From: Hydrurus foetidus | Taxonomy: Eukaryota | NCBI GenBank assembly: GCA_900617105.1 | Contig: UYFQ01000678.1 | Location: 1 to 52,309, forward strand | Reading direction: 5' to 3' | Length of the DNA stretch: 52,309 bases | Shown: positions 11,470 to 21,705 of the stretch, piece after piece | Layout of the letters: every line of letters begins with the position of its first letter | Numbering within the stretch: position 1 is the stretch's first letter | The notes under the pieces: generated by a model | The model's input: the letters and a program-made list of their open reading frames with translations, nothing else | Told to the model about the DNA's origin: nothing | The model's database searches: none | Position numbers and translations under genes: made by a program

Positions 11470-12611
11470 TTGAATGCTGCTGTCCGGATAGATACTTCAA
11501 CGCTGAGGAAGACTTCATTGCGTTCTGGGAAGAGATCAAGCAGACAGTGGGATCAAGTGCAGTCACTAACTCTCCCTCCCGTCTTCTCCTCAATTGAATT
11601 ACATCATCACAGGGGAAGCGACAGGATCCCTCCGGCAATGGCAGCCAGCTTAAGGACTTTCCTACAGCCGGGGTGCGTCTGCACTTTACTGCAGCCTTGC
11701 TCTCTACTGCATTCCTGGAATCACCAATGATGTCTGCTGCGCGGGCGGCATGTAGCCTTACCACAAAAGATCTGCGAGAGAAAAATGACGGGCCACCAGC
11801 CACAACCACCAAAGTTCCTATATGCGAAGACCTTCTGTCGGACTTAAGGAGGAAGATGTGGGATTGTTGAGGATGGGAGCGTGAGGATATTGATTTCAGG
11901 ATGACATACGTTGGTTGCATGTGGGGATATGAAATGGATGCGAGGGTCGGTGAATACACGAGCCACGAGGTAGATGCGGAAGACCACTGCGTACGGTGTC
12001 GGGACTTGATCTTCAGCGTGGTCGATGGGTCAGAGAACTTTCAGGTTTTTGGGGGAGGAGTGTTCTTCCAGGAAGTGCGTCTCGGTAAATGTCTGGCTTC
12101 TTCGGTGGCAGGGTTCCAAGTCCAAACATCGTCACAAAAGACAGGAGCACCGGCCGAGGCGAAAGTGATGGGCCGCAGATCATCAGAGGAAGCCCAATTC
12201 CTGGACGATCTTGTAACTTTCGTAGCGTTCTCCGGAATGAAGCCAATGGATGAACTCTTCTGCAGATACCTCACGAGAAAGAAGTCAGACAGGTGTGGTA
12301 GGAAGACCCTCACGGGAAGGATGGTGAGGGACGCTGTCAAAGGAATTTGCGTGGACGCTGGCCTACCGCCTGATTATTTCTCATCGCACTCATTAAGAAA
12401 AGCAGCGACCACCCAAATGAGGGCAATGGGTGTGTCCGAGGCGGACATCCTTGATCGAGGAGGCTATGTGGCGGGATCTCAAGTGATGAGACAGGTGTAT
12501 GATTACTACTCTGGAGCGCAACGCCCTTTAGCATCGAACTCCAACGCCGGGGGTTCAAGATCAACAACTCGAGACGTATGGAGCTGGCTGCCACCGCATA
12601 CTGAAGAGTGA
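11470..12611 (+). pseudogene. Tyrosine recombinase of a DIRS/Ngaro-like (or Crypton-like) element, disrupted
   Basis: Catalytic pattern ARVGEY ... SSHSLRKAATT ... RGGY ... VYDY in ORF 11901-12611. ORF 11673-11870 is in the same frame, separated by one TGA; the region further upstream is frameshifted. Confidence 0.85.
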
Positions 12612-12638
12612 GTAGCGGCCCCTTCGGAGGGTTTTGGG

Positions 12639-13893
12639 GGAAGGGGACGGGCTATTTGACCCGATGTTTTTGAAGTATCACCCAGACAGTCATGCGAGTG
12701 TAGCTAAATGTAAGATAAGTAGTACGGCATATGTGATATTGCTATAAGCGTACTTACGCAGCAAATATGCACATGACAAAGAAAGGAAAACTCTTGGAAA
12801 GAGAATCAGAGAATGGGGGGAACTCCGCAAGCTGGCGCGCCCATGAGAACTCCAGGATGGGTTCTCTGGACAGTAGGGGAGTTTTCAAATAATGCCGGTG
12901 ACCCAGAACCCACCACCATGATTCGGATGTACACTTCAATTCGGATCTGGATCTCAGCCTGTGACCGCTCAGATTCCATGGTTGTGAAAGATTGTGACAA
13001 GACATTGATTGCATATCCACAACCTCAACGCAGATGAGATGTTCGGAAATAGATACACAATCTTAGAATTGAGCTTTCTCAACACTCACAGAAGCGTTTC
13101 GAACGTTTTTTACCCCGTAGCCAGCCATGCCTATCATGTTTTTATTTTTACTACTTTATCTGACCACCCGTGTGTGTTCAATGGAAGGGGACGGGCTATT
13201 TGACCCGATGTTTTTGAAGTATCACCCATACAGTCATGCGAGTGTAGCCAAATGTAAGATAAGTAGTACGGCATATGTGATATTGCTTTAAGCGTACTTA
13301 CGCAACAAATATGCACACGACAAAGAAAGGAAAACTCTTGGAAAGAGAATCAGAGAATGGGGGGAACTCCGCAAGCTGGCGCGCCCATGAGAACTCCAGG
13401 ATGGGTTCTCTGGACAGTAGGGGAGTTTTCAAATAATGCCGGTGACCCAGAACCCACCACCATGATTCGGATGTACACTTCAATTCGGATCTGAATCTCA
13501 GCCTGTGACCGCTCAGATTCCATGGTTGTGAAAGATTGTGACAAGACATTGATTGCATATCCACAACCTCAACGCAGATGAGATGTTCGGAAATAGATAC
13601 ACAATCTTAGAATTGAGCTTTCTCAACACTCACAGAAGCGTTTCGAACGTTTTTTACCCCGTAGCCAGCCATGCCTATCATGTTTTTATTTTTACTACTT
13701 TATCTGACCACCCGTGTGTGTTCAATGGAAGGGGACGGGCTATTTGACCCGATGTTTTTGAAGTATCACCCATACAGTCATGCGAGTGTAGCTAAATGTA
13801 AGATAAGTAGTACGGCATATGTGATATTGCTTTAAGCGTACTTACGCAACAAATATGCACACGACAAAGAAAGGAAAACTCTTGGAAAGAGAA
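12639..13893. repeat. 544-bp tandem repeat, 2.3 copies (B167-A377-B-A-B), directly 3' of the recombinase
   Basis: Units start GGAAGGGGACGGGC at 12639, 13183 and 13727; the array ends at GAAAGAGAA 13893. Confidence 0.95.
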
Positions 13894-14911
13894 CCGTAAA
13901 GGTCGCCTCTAGAGTGGGGGACCTAATTAAGAACTGCTCTCCAAGATTAATTCCAGTAAACGGACTATCAACCGGATGGTACTTCTGAGTACATTTCTGT
14001 ACTCGTCTGATACTCTAGAAAATTGTAGGCTATCTAATTTTTGATATAGATGACTGGAAAGGAGTTATATTTGGGGGTCTAAATGTGTCAGAATAATCAT
14101 TTCTTAATTGAAATCAATGTACGAATTTAGCCCAATTTTCGTGAAACGGATTCTGCAACTAGTCGAATCTGGTAGCAAAGCTAACCGGTTAACCGTAAGA
14201 TAGTTCAATCGGTCCCCGTAGGATGGAAAGGAAACGTTGCCTGCTGCAACTTTGCGACATTTGCAAACGTGTCCCGACAACTTTCTGACGTTTTAAAGAT
14301 CAGTATCTGTCTGCGTTGCAAAATTGCCCTCCCCCGTATCCAAGAATATGAATCCTTTTTTGATCATGATGGCCTCAGCGAAAGAGAATGCTGCTATGAA
14401 AAAAACAGTGCCGATTGCACCAAAAGTTGTTCAGAAAGTTGTTCAAAAGTTTTTCGAGGAGAAAGCGAACATGGAGGGGGGCAAAATGCCCCCTGCAAAC
14501 CAGAGTGGGAGAAAAGCCACAGCAGCGGGATTTATTGGTCAACTGCTGCATCTGGTGTGATCTGCAGAGAATGCCTCGTGTCGATTGTGATGTTCCATTG
14601 AGGTTTTGAAAAATGTCAGATCCCAACTATGCCATTTCCGTATTTAAAAATTCCGTGTGAGACGCTTTCCGCATTCCGGATATCGATTTCGTACTTCTCA
14701 GGGGTCTTATAATCACCCTTTAAACGATATTTTATTTAACGGATTTAGAGTCATTTCCGTAAAATTTTGGAAAAAAAAGCGTTCTTAATTGGAGTTTAAG
14801 AAATAAAGGGTCCCTCAGGCCGGTCCTTACGGTGTCGGATTTCAGGGAAAGTTAGAATCGGATTTCGGTTTTTGAAATCCAATTCTGACTTTTTCGATTT
14901 CCGACGCGGAG

Positions 14912-15196
14912 TGTTGGAAATCCGGAGTTCTCGAACAACCTAGGTGTACGGAACGTTCCAAGGCTCGTAAAATAACGAATACTTTCGGTCAGTACTTGTT
15001 AGTTAAACTAGTGACTAATGTCCCTGCGCATTAGCCACGACGTTTATTCGGTCAGCTACAAAACTACAGTATAGTACGCTAACTACCTTATTCATTTTCA
15101 CGCATTCAAAGTGTAGCGCCGTTAACCGGACTCGGTAACGTACACGCGTAAGTACACCTCGCAACTAACGGTAGCCCTACAACACAATATCCAACA
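14912..15196 (-). repeat. Copia-1 3' LTR
   Basis: Matches 20016-20300; I see 2 substitutions. Confidence 0.95.
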
Positions 15197-15308
15197 CACC
15201 CCTAGGGGTACCGTAGTTCACACATCATCAGATATTATATTCGCTAAACAGTGAGTTGCAATCAGAAATTATATTGCAGTAAACTCTTCTGTGATATCGA
15301 CGTTTCGA

Positions 15309-18300
15309 TTATTCCTGTCCCGTAAGACACATTCGCTCATATACGAATTGCGCTCCTTGGAGCGGCTTGGTGAGTACGTTCGCGTACATCTCCCTCGTCC
15401 CTTTATGCACTATGATCGCTTCACCGGTGGCTACTCTCTCTCGAATCCAAAAGTTGCGGATCGCAATATGCCGCGTGCGCTCCGCACCCGACCGTCCTCT
15501 ATCGACCAACGCCATGCACGAGGTGTTGTCTTGGTAGATAGTGACCGGCTCCATCTTGTAACCCTGCGAGATAAGGAAATTGCGGATGTATAGTCCCTGG
15601 TTTGCCGAATCCGAGAGCGCTATTAGCTCGGCCTCAGTGCTGGATTTAGTGACAATACTCTGCTTACTCGATTTGCAGTGTACTGCTCCGACGTCTCCGA
15701 TGACGACGCAGCTTCCAGTATGTGATCTACCATCCGAGTGCACCCCGTATGCTGCATCGATGAACACTCTCACGCATATACCCAATTGACCCGGACGGAA
15801 TACCACGCCTCTGTCGCGAGTACCAGCTACGTACTTCATGACGCGCTTCAGTTTCTCAACATCGTCTGCGGTACAGCGTGTAACCCTCGTAGCTAGATAT
15901 GCAACAGCTGTCAAGCACTCTGGCTTGGCCCGTTTAGCCAAATAGCTGAGTTTAGCTACCACACTATGGAACCAAGACCTCACGGACTCTACTACCAACT
16001 CAGCTCCGTCTCTCGTCTCAAAAAGGCCGTCAGTGGCCGGGCTGCGCGCCTTTCCCGGTATACCCGCGTATAGTATGGTATCGTTAATGTAACCCTCCAT
16101 ACTCATACGGACCTCACCCCGCTGAGAGAGGTTGAACACCATGCCGAGATAATTAAGAACCGGACCGTCTTTGCGAGTGATCTCACCGTACTTACTCTCG
16201 AGTCCATCACACAAAGAATCTATCATTCCCATGTCCACACATGTGATGATGAGGTCATCTACATGAACAGCTACTGTGCATTGCACACCATTAGATTTCC
16301 TGTTGTAAACACAGGCTTCATACTCATTCTTGACGAATCCCAGTCGGCCGAGTGTGCTGGACAAGTTCTCATACCATAGAGCAGCAGACTCAACGCATCC
16401 ATAGAGCGCTTTGTCCAACCGCACGACGATACACCCTTTGTTGTCAGTGAAATGCTCATATACTGGGTCAAGTTTCAACATCATCCGCGACATGGTCGCA
16501 TCGAGTCTCATGTGGACAACGACTCCTGTGTCCATATTCGCATTCAGATATGCACCCCCGATATCAACCACGACCGCATTACGCATCTCGTGCGCCGCTA
16601 TACAGAAAATGGTCATCACTACACTCGTCGAAACTGTCGGAGACGACAAGTCGTCATAAAGGTCCTTATCCTGCTGGTTTCCGCCTGCGACTAGACGTGC
16701 TTTAAGTTTCTCAAACTCCCCCGTGGGGAGGTATTTTTCTTTCAGGAACATTTGCGAACGAATAATTCCATGTTTTTCCGTACTCGTAAGTTCGGAAATA
16801 TACACTGGTGTCCATACCTTCTTGTCTCGCATTTGCGCTAGCTCTTTCAGTATGACGCGTTCGGCTTCAGCACCCCTACTCCTTAGCGCTTCTTTCACTG
16901 TTATATTCATCGCATACTCCTTCGCTAGGACGACGGTGTCTCCGGGCTGATAATAGTTCAGCAGATTCCTTCGCAAGGGTGGATCTGCGACCGGGGCTAC
17001 CGATCTTCTCGCGCTACTTCTCGATTCGCTGTCGCCACTAATACTCAGCGGAGTTCCCGGTACTGCCGCATCCGGATGTCGGTACACTTCTGCCACTGGC
17101 TCATAAAACTCGACAAGGTTCCCCACGTCTAAGTCATCAGCTGTAAGTTCGATCTGGCGCGTAGGCAGATGGTCGGTATTGTATTGAGCATCCATAGCTC
17201 GGATGTCGTTCTCGATATCTTCCGCGTTGTACGGTTCTTCTTGTTGGGCAACAGAACCAACTTGGATTTCAATACCGTTATCTGCCAGTTGACCGATATC
17301 ATGCTCCACCGGAGGGTCGGCTAGAGATACGTCCGTTGGCCGTATATACGTCACATCGTTTTTCTGTAACCCTCGCTCCGTGCTATACACCATGTTAGTG
17401 CGATTACCAATCTTCCTACCCTCGCTGGCTGCCATCTGGTTGAGCCTGGCAATAACGGTGGAGGGCATCGGAAGCAATTTAAATTGGTCTCTGGTAACTA
17501 GCTTACCGGTCCTAATTGACATCATCTTCACCGACCCAGTCCTGTTGCCGGTGGGAAGCATGACAATGCAATCCTCGGTACGTGCACTAGTAGTGCTGTC
17601 TGTGTTTGCAACGGTGCATTGCGCATACTGTCCGAAGCTAGCTCTGAAGTCAAGAGTCTCATTCACCTGCCTCCCAGAAAAGGCAACTCTCGGGCTTTCG
17701 ACACTGCTTCCAGTTCCGGAGGTTTGATAGTTCAACCTAGACACGCAAAACAACACTAGCATAGCCACGCCGAGAGTGGTTAGTGTGAATGGAAGTTGAT
17801 GAGAAATATGTGCTCTCACCCTTTCTTTTACCGTTTGAATCTTTCTCTCGATTCGAGCAACGTGCCCCCCAGCACCACTGACGTCTACTTCGATACCCAT
17901 TAGGTTTAGATTAGTTGTCATCTTTCCAATTGCCCCCTCCCCATCACTCATGATCAATCGGGTCACGAAATTTCGAGACGCTAACGTGGATATGAAACCA
18001 AGGATACCATCCCTGATGATACTTGTTGCCCTCGAACCATGAATGGAATCGAGAGTCAACAACGACACCGCCATCGTGAGATTCAACGGTGTCGCCAAGC
18101 CGATGAGAGAGGGAATGCCCTCAACATACATAATATCCACAGAGAGAATTTGCTCCTGTTGAACCATCTGTTTCGCTATATCAATATCTGCAACGTTGGT
18201 AGAGTGTTTCCTCGACTTTCCCTTCAAAGATGCGATGTCAGGTCCCCAAATGTCGTTAGCAATATAGAAGTCCCGAGCAGTGACGGTAAAGTTAACACCC

Positions 18301-19988
18301 CTAGTCACGATCTCTATTGCCTTAGAGACAGGAGGGAAACCCATTTTAGCTAACAGCTCCCTAGCTTTATAAGCACCGTCGATTTCTCGCTTGGTATACT
18401 TGGACATGTTATATGACTCTGTCTCGATAAGTGCGTGCTCGTGTACTTTCGATTCTATAGTTGTAGGACAGTCTGTAGCACGAGACCCAATCATAGAACG
18501 GACATCACAGCAGTAAAAGCGACCCTCGCTACCGCGGACATTCTTTCTACAGAAAGAGTAAATGAGATTGCTGCCAACAGGTCTCAACTCAAATCTATCA
18601 TTAAGCTGGTCGTAACTGACTGCATTCCCTTCATCCACCATGACGGCATAAGACAATATATTCGCTGTAGCTTCTGCACTAAAATACACTTTGCCGACAT
18701 CCTCGAAATCTCCTTCCTGAGTGATTCTAATCCCAGATGCTCCAGATTGGACTCCGTTCAGTAGCACCTGTCTGTCGGATTCACGCACGTTTCTCAGCAG
18801 CCTCGGATTGCAAAAAACATTGACTGATGCTTGACTGTCAAGGAGCACATCATGCTTCGAGAATAGAATCCTTTCCGAGGTGGTAACGTACACAGATTCC
18901 TCCTCGTCGTCCTTTTCGTAACCGTCCTCGTCAACTGCTTTGTCACCTGACTTAGCAATCAGAGCCGTGGCTGCAACCTTCCTGTCTTTACAGTCCCTGG
19001 CGTAATGCCCAAATTGTCCACAGACATAACATTCCACTTCCGCAAGGGATTTCTTCTTTCCGGAAGGCGATTTGTCATCAGAAGACTTCTTACCCTGCTT
19101 CTTCGAGCCAGAATCCTTAGACTTCGTCACAAAGGCTGAGTCCGCTGTGAGGAAAGCAGAGTGGGTATCGGTTCCCGAGGGGTTGGGATTAGCGGAACTT
19201 GGACCTTCGTCTGGCCATGCGGACGCTATACGGACTGCAGCCGCTAGAGTAGCAGGATATGACTCCCCAGCGTCGCATATAGCGTTTCTTCGCATGTGAT
19301 TAAGCATGCGGTCGAATCTCTTCGGGTCAAGTTTATGGAGGAAGTCCATCGCCATGGTTTCTTCGTCGATGGCAGGAAGCCCAGCTCCAATGCCAGCCTG
19401 AACCTGCGCGTCATAACGAATTTTAAAAGAGGCAATGTACTCCCTGTCACCTTGTCTCAGTGCGCTATATCTAGCCATTTGTTCACGTTTATTGAGCCGA
19501 ACCATGGGTTCTTGAATCCCATGTACGTGAGTCAGGTGAGTACGCCTGATAAGGGTCCACAGCACGACAGGATCCTTATCAATGTCTGCCTGTGCGAACT
19601 CCTCCTCTTCTTTGACTTTGCTTTGGGAAGCAGTCGACATATGAGTGTAGATGTATCCATAGAGCATCTTTTCGTTCTCTTTCTGTTTCCTGATATCCTT
19701 CTGTCTGCCCGTGAATGCGTCTCTCTTGCAGTCGGCTATGAGTGCAGCTGACATCAAGAGTGGAGGAGGGTCATCTTCACCCGCAGGATACTCCACCAAG
19801 AAATCTTCTTCTCGTGGAAGTGGAAATATGTATCTCTCGTTCGTGGTTAGGAACAGAGCGCTACTACCATAGGCAGTCACCGTTAGAGACCTCATTTCAA
19901 GGTTCCAGGCGACTACGTTGTTGAATTTTCCGATCTGAAGCATGCATTCCTTTGCATCTTTAGGTTCTGGAGAGCGTTTGGGAGGCAT
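15309..19988 (-). CDS. Copia gag-pol polyprotein (Gag-PR-IN-RT-RNaseH)
   Basis: CYVCGQFGHYARDC knuckle; LLDSQAS protease; SVDIMY/SDGEG/RIER integrase DDE; KARLVAGG, KALYG and VHVDDL of RT; DAAYG, SSTEAEL and YQDN of RNase H. First ATG is at 19988 (frame open from 20006). Confidence 0.97.
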   Translation of the reverse strand: MPPKRSPEPKDAKECMLQIGKFNNVVAWNLEMRSLTVTAYGSSALFLTTNERYIFPLPREEDFLVEYPAGEDDPPPLLMSAALIADCKRDAFTGRQKDIRKQKENEKMLYGYIYTHMSTASQSKVKEEEEFAQADIDKDPVVLWTLIRRTHLTHVHGIQEPMVRLNKREQMARYSALRQGDREYIASFKIRYDAQVQAGIGAGLPAIDEETMAMDFLHKLDPKRFDRMLNHMRRNAICDAGESYPATLAAAVRIASAWPDEGPSSANPNPSGTDTHSAFLTADSAFVTKSKDSGSKKQGKKSSDDKSPSGKKKSLAEVECYVCGQFGHYARDCKDRKVAATALIAKSGDKAVDEDGYEKDDEEESVYVTTSERILFSKHDVLLDSQASVNVFCNPRLLRNVRESDRQVLLNGVQSGASGIRITQEGDFEDVGKVYFSAEATANILSYAVMVDEGNAVSYDQLNDRFELRPVGSNLIYSFCRKNVRGSEGRFYCCDVRSMIGSRATDCPTTIESKVHEHALIETESYNMSKYTKREIDGAYKARELLAKMGFPPVSKAIEIVTRGVNFTVTARDFYIANDIWGPDIASLKGKSRKHSTNVADIDIAKQMVQQEQILSVDIMYVEGIPSLIGLATPLNLTMAVSLLTLDSIHGSRATSIIRDGILGFISTLASRNFVTRLIMSDGEGAIGKMTTNLNLMGIEVDVSGAGGHVARIERKIQTVKERVRAHISHQLPFTLTTLGVAMLVLFCVSRLNYQTSGTGSSVESPRVAFSGRQVNETLDFRASFGQYAQCTVANTDSTTSARTEDCIVMLPTGNRTGSVKMMSIRTGKLVTRDQFKLLPMPSTVIARLNQMAASEGRKIGNRTNMVYSTERGLQKNDVTYIRPTDVSLADPPVEHDIGQLADNGIEIQVGSVAQQEEPYNAEDIENDIRAMDAQYNTDHLPTRQIELTADDLDVGNLVEFYEPVAEVYRHPDAAVPGTPLSISGDSESRSSARRSVAPVADPPLRRNLLNYYQPGDTVVLAKEYAMNITVKEALRSRGAEAERVILKELAQMRDKKVWTPVYISELTSTEKHGIIRSQMFLKEKYLPTGEFEKLKARLVAGGNQQDKDLYDDLSSPTVSTSVVMTIFCIAAHEMRNAVVVDIGGAYLNANMDTGVVVHMRLDATMSRMMLKLDPVYEHFTDNKGCIVVRLDKALYGCVESAALWYENLSSTLGRLGFVKNEYEACVYNRKSNGVQCTVAVHVDDLIITCVDMGMIDSLCDGLESKYGEITRKDGPVLNYLGMVFNLSQRGEVRMSMEGYINDTILYAGIPGKARSPATDGLFETRDGAELVVESVRSWFHSVVAKLSYLAKRAKPECLTAVAYLATRVTRCTADDVEKLKRVMKYVAGTRDRGVVFRPGQLGICVRVFIDAAYGVHSDGRSHTGSCVVIGDVGAVHCKSSKQSIVTKSSTEAELIALSDSANQGLYIRNFLISQGYKMEPVTIYQDNTSCMALVDRGRSGAERTRHIAIRNFWIRERVATGEAIIVHKGTREMYANVLTKPLQGAQFVYERMCLTGQE

Positions 19989-20015
19989 CACGATGCTTCC
20001 TCTCAAGTTTAACTA

Positions 20016-20300
20016 TGTTGGAAATCCGGAGTTCTCGAACAACCTAGGTGTACGGAACGTTCCAAGGCTCGTAAAATAACGAATACTTTCGGTCAGTACT
20101 TGTTAGTTAAACTAGTGACTAATGTCCCTGCGCATTAGCCACGACGTTTATTCGGTCAGCTACAAAACTACAGTATAGTACGCTAACTATCTTATTCATT
20201 TTCACGCATTCAAAGTGTAGCGCCGTTAGCCGGACTCGGTAACGTACACGCGTAAGTACACCTCGCAACTAACGGTAGCCCTACAACACAATATCCAACA
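20016..20300 (-). repeat. Copia-1 5' LTR
   Basis: Direct repeat of 14912-15196. Confidence 0.95.
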
Positions 20301-20443
20301 CGGAGATTGTCGAAAAATAGGCGGAATTTCCGACAATCTCCGCGTCGGAAATCGAAAAAGTCAGAATTGGATTTCAAAAACCGAAATCCGATTCTAACTT
20401 TCCCTGAAATCCGACACCGTAAGGACCGGCCTCACTCTAGATA

Positions 20444-21058
20444 TTGTGCCGGTCATACCGTCGAGTGCCTATTCTTTTGCCATTTTGAAGTGAGAATAGG
20501 ATTTTGACAACGGTCAGAATCACGGAAATTTTGACACGATAATTGCTAACGGGAACTGCTAACTCCTCGGAAATAGAATTTCACACAAATATGATAGTGG
20601 ATTCGGAAAGAGCATAGTTATTTTAGTAACACTGCCTATTCAGTTTTCAATCTGCGCTCCCCAAAATCGAGAAATTTCGATCGCAAGGGACCGAAAGTTC
20701 ATTTTGGATCGCGATTTGCAGCCGATCTGCTCCTCGTAGGTGTATGACCATCATATATCAAAAGATGCGGACAACTTCAGGCAACACCTGACATATCTCA
20801 TCGGGGTCCCCACTTCTCTAGTTGTTGCGAAATTGTTGGGAAAAAGCCAAAAATCCCCGAAATTCCGAAAACCGGAAATCGAAAATGGCAAAAGAATAGG
20901 CACTCGACGGTAACTAAACGGGAGAATTTATTTTGAGGGGAGGTTTTTTCGTGTTTTTGGCAGAGGTCAAAATAACTGTTACTTTGATTCTGCGGTCAAA
21001 AACACGAATACGCCGCAATTTTTTTTTCTGCGGCACCGTTTAGTTTTGACCGGCACAA
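20444..21058. mobile_element. Small TA-flanked MITE (~160 bp net), left TIR interrupted by another MITE
   Basis: Reconstructed ends: TA|TTGTGCCGGTCATAACTAAACGG ... CCGTTTAGTTTTGACCGGCACAA|TA. Confidence 0.75.
20458..20910. mobile_element. Tc1/mariner-type MITE, 453 bp
   Basis: Perfect 29-bp TIR CCGTCGAGTGCCTATTCTTTTGCCATTTT with TA on both sides. Confidence 0.9.
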
Positions 21059-21341
21059 TAATAAGACTGCGCCGCCCGGTGCCCGGACCCTTTGCACGGT
21101 CAGCACATCCATTTCCGTCCAGCACGTACGGTGTTTTAGTATGGTGTTTTTAATTTGTGCGTACGTTCACTTTCGTCTCTGTTCTTGGAATTTCGAGGTT
21201 TGAAAATCGCAAATCTCAAAATCCGAGACGGAGGTCGGGTAAAGGAGTTCCGTCCGAATCTATTTCTGTGATTTCCAGCGTGATCTGATGTAAATTCGTG
21301 AAGTTCTGTGTTCCTTAAAATCCTGGACGACCTTGGGCGGG

Positions 21342-21621
21342 TGTCGGGATTCGGCGGTAATCCGGAAAAGGAAAACGGTAGAAAACAGAATTGGTTTTAA
21401 GTTTACCGAGTGAAAGATTGTGATTGTGGAATGTGAATGATGAAGTGAATTCGAGTGGAATGGATACAATTGAAATGAACAATGTGTTGCAGCGTTGAAG
21501 TAGTTGTGAACAGCTTCTGAACTGCTTCAACGTGGAAAGATCGGATCGTCATCGTGACGTGGGACCTCTCGGTCGTTCGGTGAGCATTGTATTGTGTGTT
21601 TGCAACGACTTTACAATGACA
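21342..21621 (-). repeat. Copia-2 3' LTR
   Basis: TGTCGGGAT...AATGACA; matches 26795-27074. Confidence 0.95.
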
Positions 21622-21705
21622 TGCGCCGGTAAGCGATATATGATGATTGAGTATGTGGCTTATGATTTATATGTGAAATACTATGTGAAGGCAGGGGGGA
21701 AAAAA

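Larger units (their letters stand above)
14912..20300 (-). mobile_element. Full-length Ty1/Copia retrotransposon (Copia-1)
   Basis: 285-bp LTRs TGTTGG...CCAACA, 5-bp TSD CGGAG (14907-14911 and 20301-20305), and a single intact gag-pol ORF. Confidence 0.97.
14818..20431. mobile_element. PIF/Harbinger (Tourist)-like fold-back MITE, ~220 bp net, split by Copia-1
   Basis: ~100-bp inverted arms (GGCCGGTCCTTACGG... / ...CCGTAAGGACCGGCC) with a 3-bp TSD TCA on both sides. Confidence 0.85.
13912..20437. mobile_element. Non-autonomous TA-flanked TIR element (~0.9 kb net) whose right TIR is interrupted by the MITE+Copia insertion
   Basis: Left end TA|GAGTGGGGGACC. After removing the inserts, the right end reads GGTCCCTCACTC|TA. 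AATTAAGAAC/GTTCTTAATT form a sub-terminal inverted match. Confidence 0.6.

Noticed and set aside
11868..11870. TGA in the recombinase frame as programmed recoding
   Set aside because: Nearby frameshifts show general decay, and the context is TGA-GGA.
12754..13747. Repeated short ORFs in the 544-bp units
   Set aside because: No recognisable motifs; they recur only because the DNA is repeated.
14269..14626. Short ORFs inside the TA-flanked element
   Set aside because: No transposase motifs are recognisable.
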